DNA of 64,000 nucleotides from Candidatus Fervidifonticultor sextus. GTDB taxonomy: Bacteria; Sysuimicrobiota; Sysuimicrobiia; Sysuimicrobiales; Humicultoraceae. This document shows, in pieces, positions 62,498-64,000 of this stretch. The stretch lies in assembly GCA_031459875.1 (NCBI GenBank), contig JAVKHQ010000018.1, positions 1 to 64,000 of the forward strand, in the 5' to 3' direction. The translations under genes and the position numbers were made by a program. Position 1 is the first letter of the stretch. Each line of letters begins with the position of its first letter. The notes beneath the pieces were generated by a model. The model was not told where the DNA came from. It saw nothing but the letters and a program-made list of their open reading frames with translations, and made no database searches.

Positions 62498-63804
62498 CAG
62501 GCGTCCACCGGTACGTGTTCGAGCCCGTGCGGCCCGTGGACATCTTCGGTGGGTCGGCACTGCTGGAGCGGTTCGCTGAGGAGGCGGCGAAGGTCGCGAG
62601 CGAGAAGGGCGCGACTGCCATCTACTCAGCCGGAGGAACGGGGCTCTTCCTGGCGGGAACTGAAGGCGCGGCAGCGTCGCTGGTGGGGAGACTCCCGGAG
62701 ATCTTGGACGGGTTGACCGCGGGCGGGGCGCGGTGTACGGTCGCCCGGGTGCAGTTCCGGGGCGACTTCCGCGCGGATCGCCGGCTGCTAGCAGACCGGC
62801 TCCGCGCCGAGCGGTTCCGGAAGGCCCTGGAGGACCCGCCCCGTGTGCTCCTCCCAATGGGGACCCGACCCGCGCAGGTGTGCGAGGCGTGCGGCAGGGA
62901 AGGGCGGACCGTGACCCGCAGGGTTGGGAACCGGGAAGAGGAGTTAGGGCCGCGCTGTCAGGCTCGTTACATGGCCAGCCGGGGGAGGGCTCCCACCATC
63001 GCCGAGGTGCTGGGGGGAGATGGCGACGACGTTCCGAGGGGCGCCGTCCTGGCGGCGGTCTACGTTGACGCCGACGGGTTGGGGACGCAGCTTGCGGAAG
63101 TCCGAAGCGCGGAAGAGCTCGGCCGCTTCTCGAAGCAGCTGACGCACTCCGTGCAGCGCGCGGTCGAGCGCGCGATTCAGGCGCTGGCTCCCCTTCCCGT
63201 CATTCAGGTGGCGGTCGGTGGGGACGATGCCCTCCTCTTCTGCGACGCCGCGCGGCTGCCGGAGCTTGCCAGCGCCCTGTGGGAGGTGCTCGGGCACGCC
63301 TCCTCGGAGCTCGGCGTACGGTTCTCCACCGGCGTGGTGCTGGGGGAACCCTTCCTCCCCCTCCGGCTTTACTTCGCCGAGGCCGAGGAGGCCCTTCGGG
63401 AGGCGAAGCGGCATAGCCACGCCACCGGTCGGGCTTGCGCAGGCGTACGGGCGCTCATGGCGGGGACGCGTCACGGCGTGCGGGGCGACCTCCTTGGCGG
63501 TCCGCTCCCCCAGGAAGCGTTTACGGGCGAGGGGGGCGTGTGGCGCCTGGTAGAACTGGTCCGGGCCGTCGGTCCATCACAGCGTGCCGGGCTGGGCGAC
63601 GAGCTCGCCCTCAAGTCCCGGGAAGAGGCCGCGCTGTCGGTGGAATACCGGGCCTCCAGGGACAAGGCCGTGGGGGAGGCGTACCTCGGCGCGCGAAACC
63701 TGGCTGAGCTTTATGGGGTCGAACCCCTTGCGCTGCTCGGTGGTGCCCTCGCCCTCAGCGCTGCCAGAGAACGTTGGGAGCCCGCGAGGGAAGGGGAGCG
63801 ATGA
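62473..63804 (+). CDS. cas10: Compact HD-less Cas10 (type III large subunit)
   Basis: DV..V..YVF...GGSALL, IYSAGG (Palm1), CEAC...GPRC, VYVDADGLG, GGDD (63217-63228), FSTGV, AEEAL..AK. Confidence 0.88.
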   Translation: MFLVGYDVAGVHRYVFEPVRPVDIFGGSALLERFAEEAAKVASEKGATAIYSAGGTGLFLAGTEGAAASLVGRLPEILDGLTAGGARCTVARVQFRGDFRADRRLLADRLRAERFRKALEDPPRVLLPMGTRPAQVCEACGREGRTVTRRVGNREEELGPRCQARYMASRGRAPTIAEVLGGDGDDVPRGAVLAAVYVDADGLGTQLAEVRSAEELGRFSKQLTHSVQRAVERAIQALAPLPVIQVAVGGDDALLFCDAARLPELASALWEVLGHASSELGVRFSTGVVLGEPFLPLRLYFAEAEEALREAKRHSHATGRACAGVRALMAGTRHGVRGDLLGGPLPQEAFTGEGGVWRLVELVRAVGPSQRAGLGDELALKSREEAALSVEYRASRDKAVGEAYLGARNLAELYGVEPLALLGGALALSAARERWEPAREGER

Positions 63805-64000
63805 TGAGCGGCTGGGTGCTCGAGTTCCATCCCCGGTCCCCGCTGCTGGTGGCCTCCGTCTGGGATCCGGCCGCAGGAGCCCACCTAGCCTCCGTGTCCC
63901 TGTCCGGCCCCGACGGAGAGCCAAGGGCCCTGCTGCCCGGAAGCTCGCTCCGGGGGGTCCTACGGGAAGCGTTGGCCCGGTTCGCCGAGGCGCGGGGAGG
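63801..64000 (+). CDS. Type III RAMP (Cas7-group) protein, truncated by the window end
   Basis: ...PRSPLLV...LLPGSSLRGVLRE; ATGA overlap with the cas10 stop. Confidence 0.85.
   Translation, partial: MMSGWVLEFHPRSPLLVASVWDPAAGAHLASVSLSGPDGEPRALLPGSSLRGVLREALARFAEARG

Noticed and set aside
62473..63804. GGDD protein as a diguanylate cyclase
   Set aside because: Cas10 Palm1 and zinc-finger features and the flanking csx1/RAMP genes identify it as Cas10

Overview
This is a high-GC bacterial chromosomal window. The nadE-mfd-prsA-mazG-S4-eno-divIC-S1 gene order is Terrabacteria-like; the phylum cannot be determined from the sequence alone. (1) 1-5.4 kb is a decayed zone: the 5' end of an IS481-like element, a frameshifted amidohydrolase, three abutting gene fragments (peptide-binding protein, P1B-ATPase, glucan phosphorylase), an intact ISL3 inserted into a second IS remnant, and a c-di-GMP-I riboswitch with a canonical promoter but no clear target gene. 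(2) 5.5-22 kb holds housekeeping genes, a heterodimeric ABC exporter, pxpA and hydrolases. (3) 22-27 kb is an operon of nanE, an unannotated lytic-transglycosylase-like gene and a sugar ABC importer. (4) 27-37 kb is a TrmB-regulated cluster: DRE-TIM enzyme, cyclase, Liv-type ABC transporter and a dehydrogenase pseudogene. (5) 38-53 kb is a GntR-associated organic-acid cluster with two tripartite tricarboxylate transporters, a DASS permease, PrpD, PdxA, an internally deleted tartrate dehydrogenase and an M29-fold protein with an altered metal site. (6) From 53.7 kb to the end is the most notable feature: one translationally coupled CRISPR-Cas operon. A complete type I-G effector module (cas3, cas8g, cas7g, csb2) runs directly into a type III module: a CARF-HEPN-CARF Csx1-like protein, a 443-aa HD-less Cas10 with an intact GGDD motif, and a RAMP gene cut by the window edge. 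No CRISPR array, cas1/cas2 or cas6 is visible in the window.
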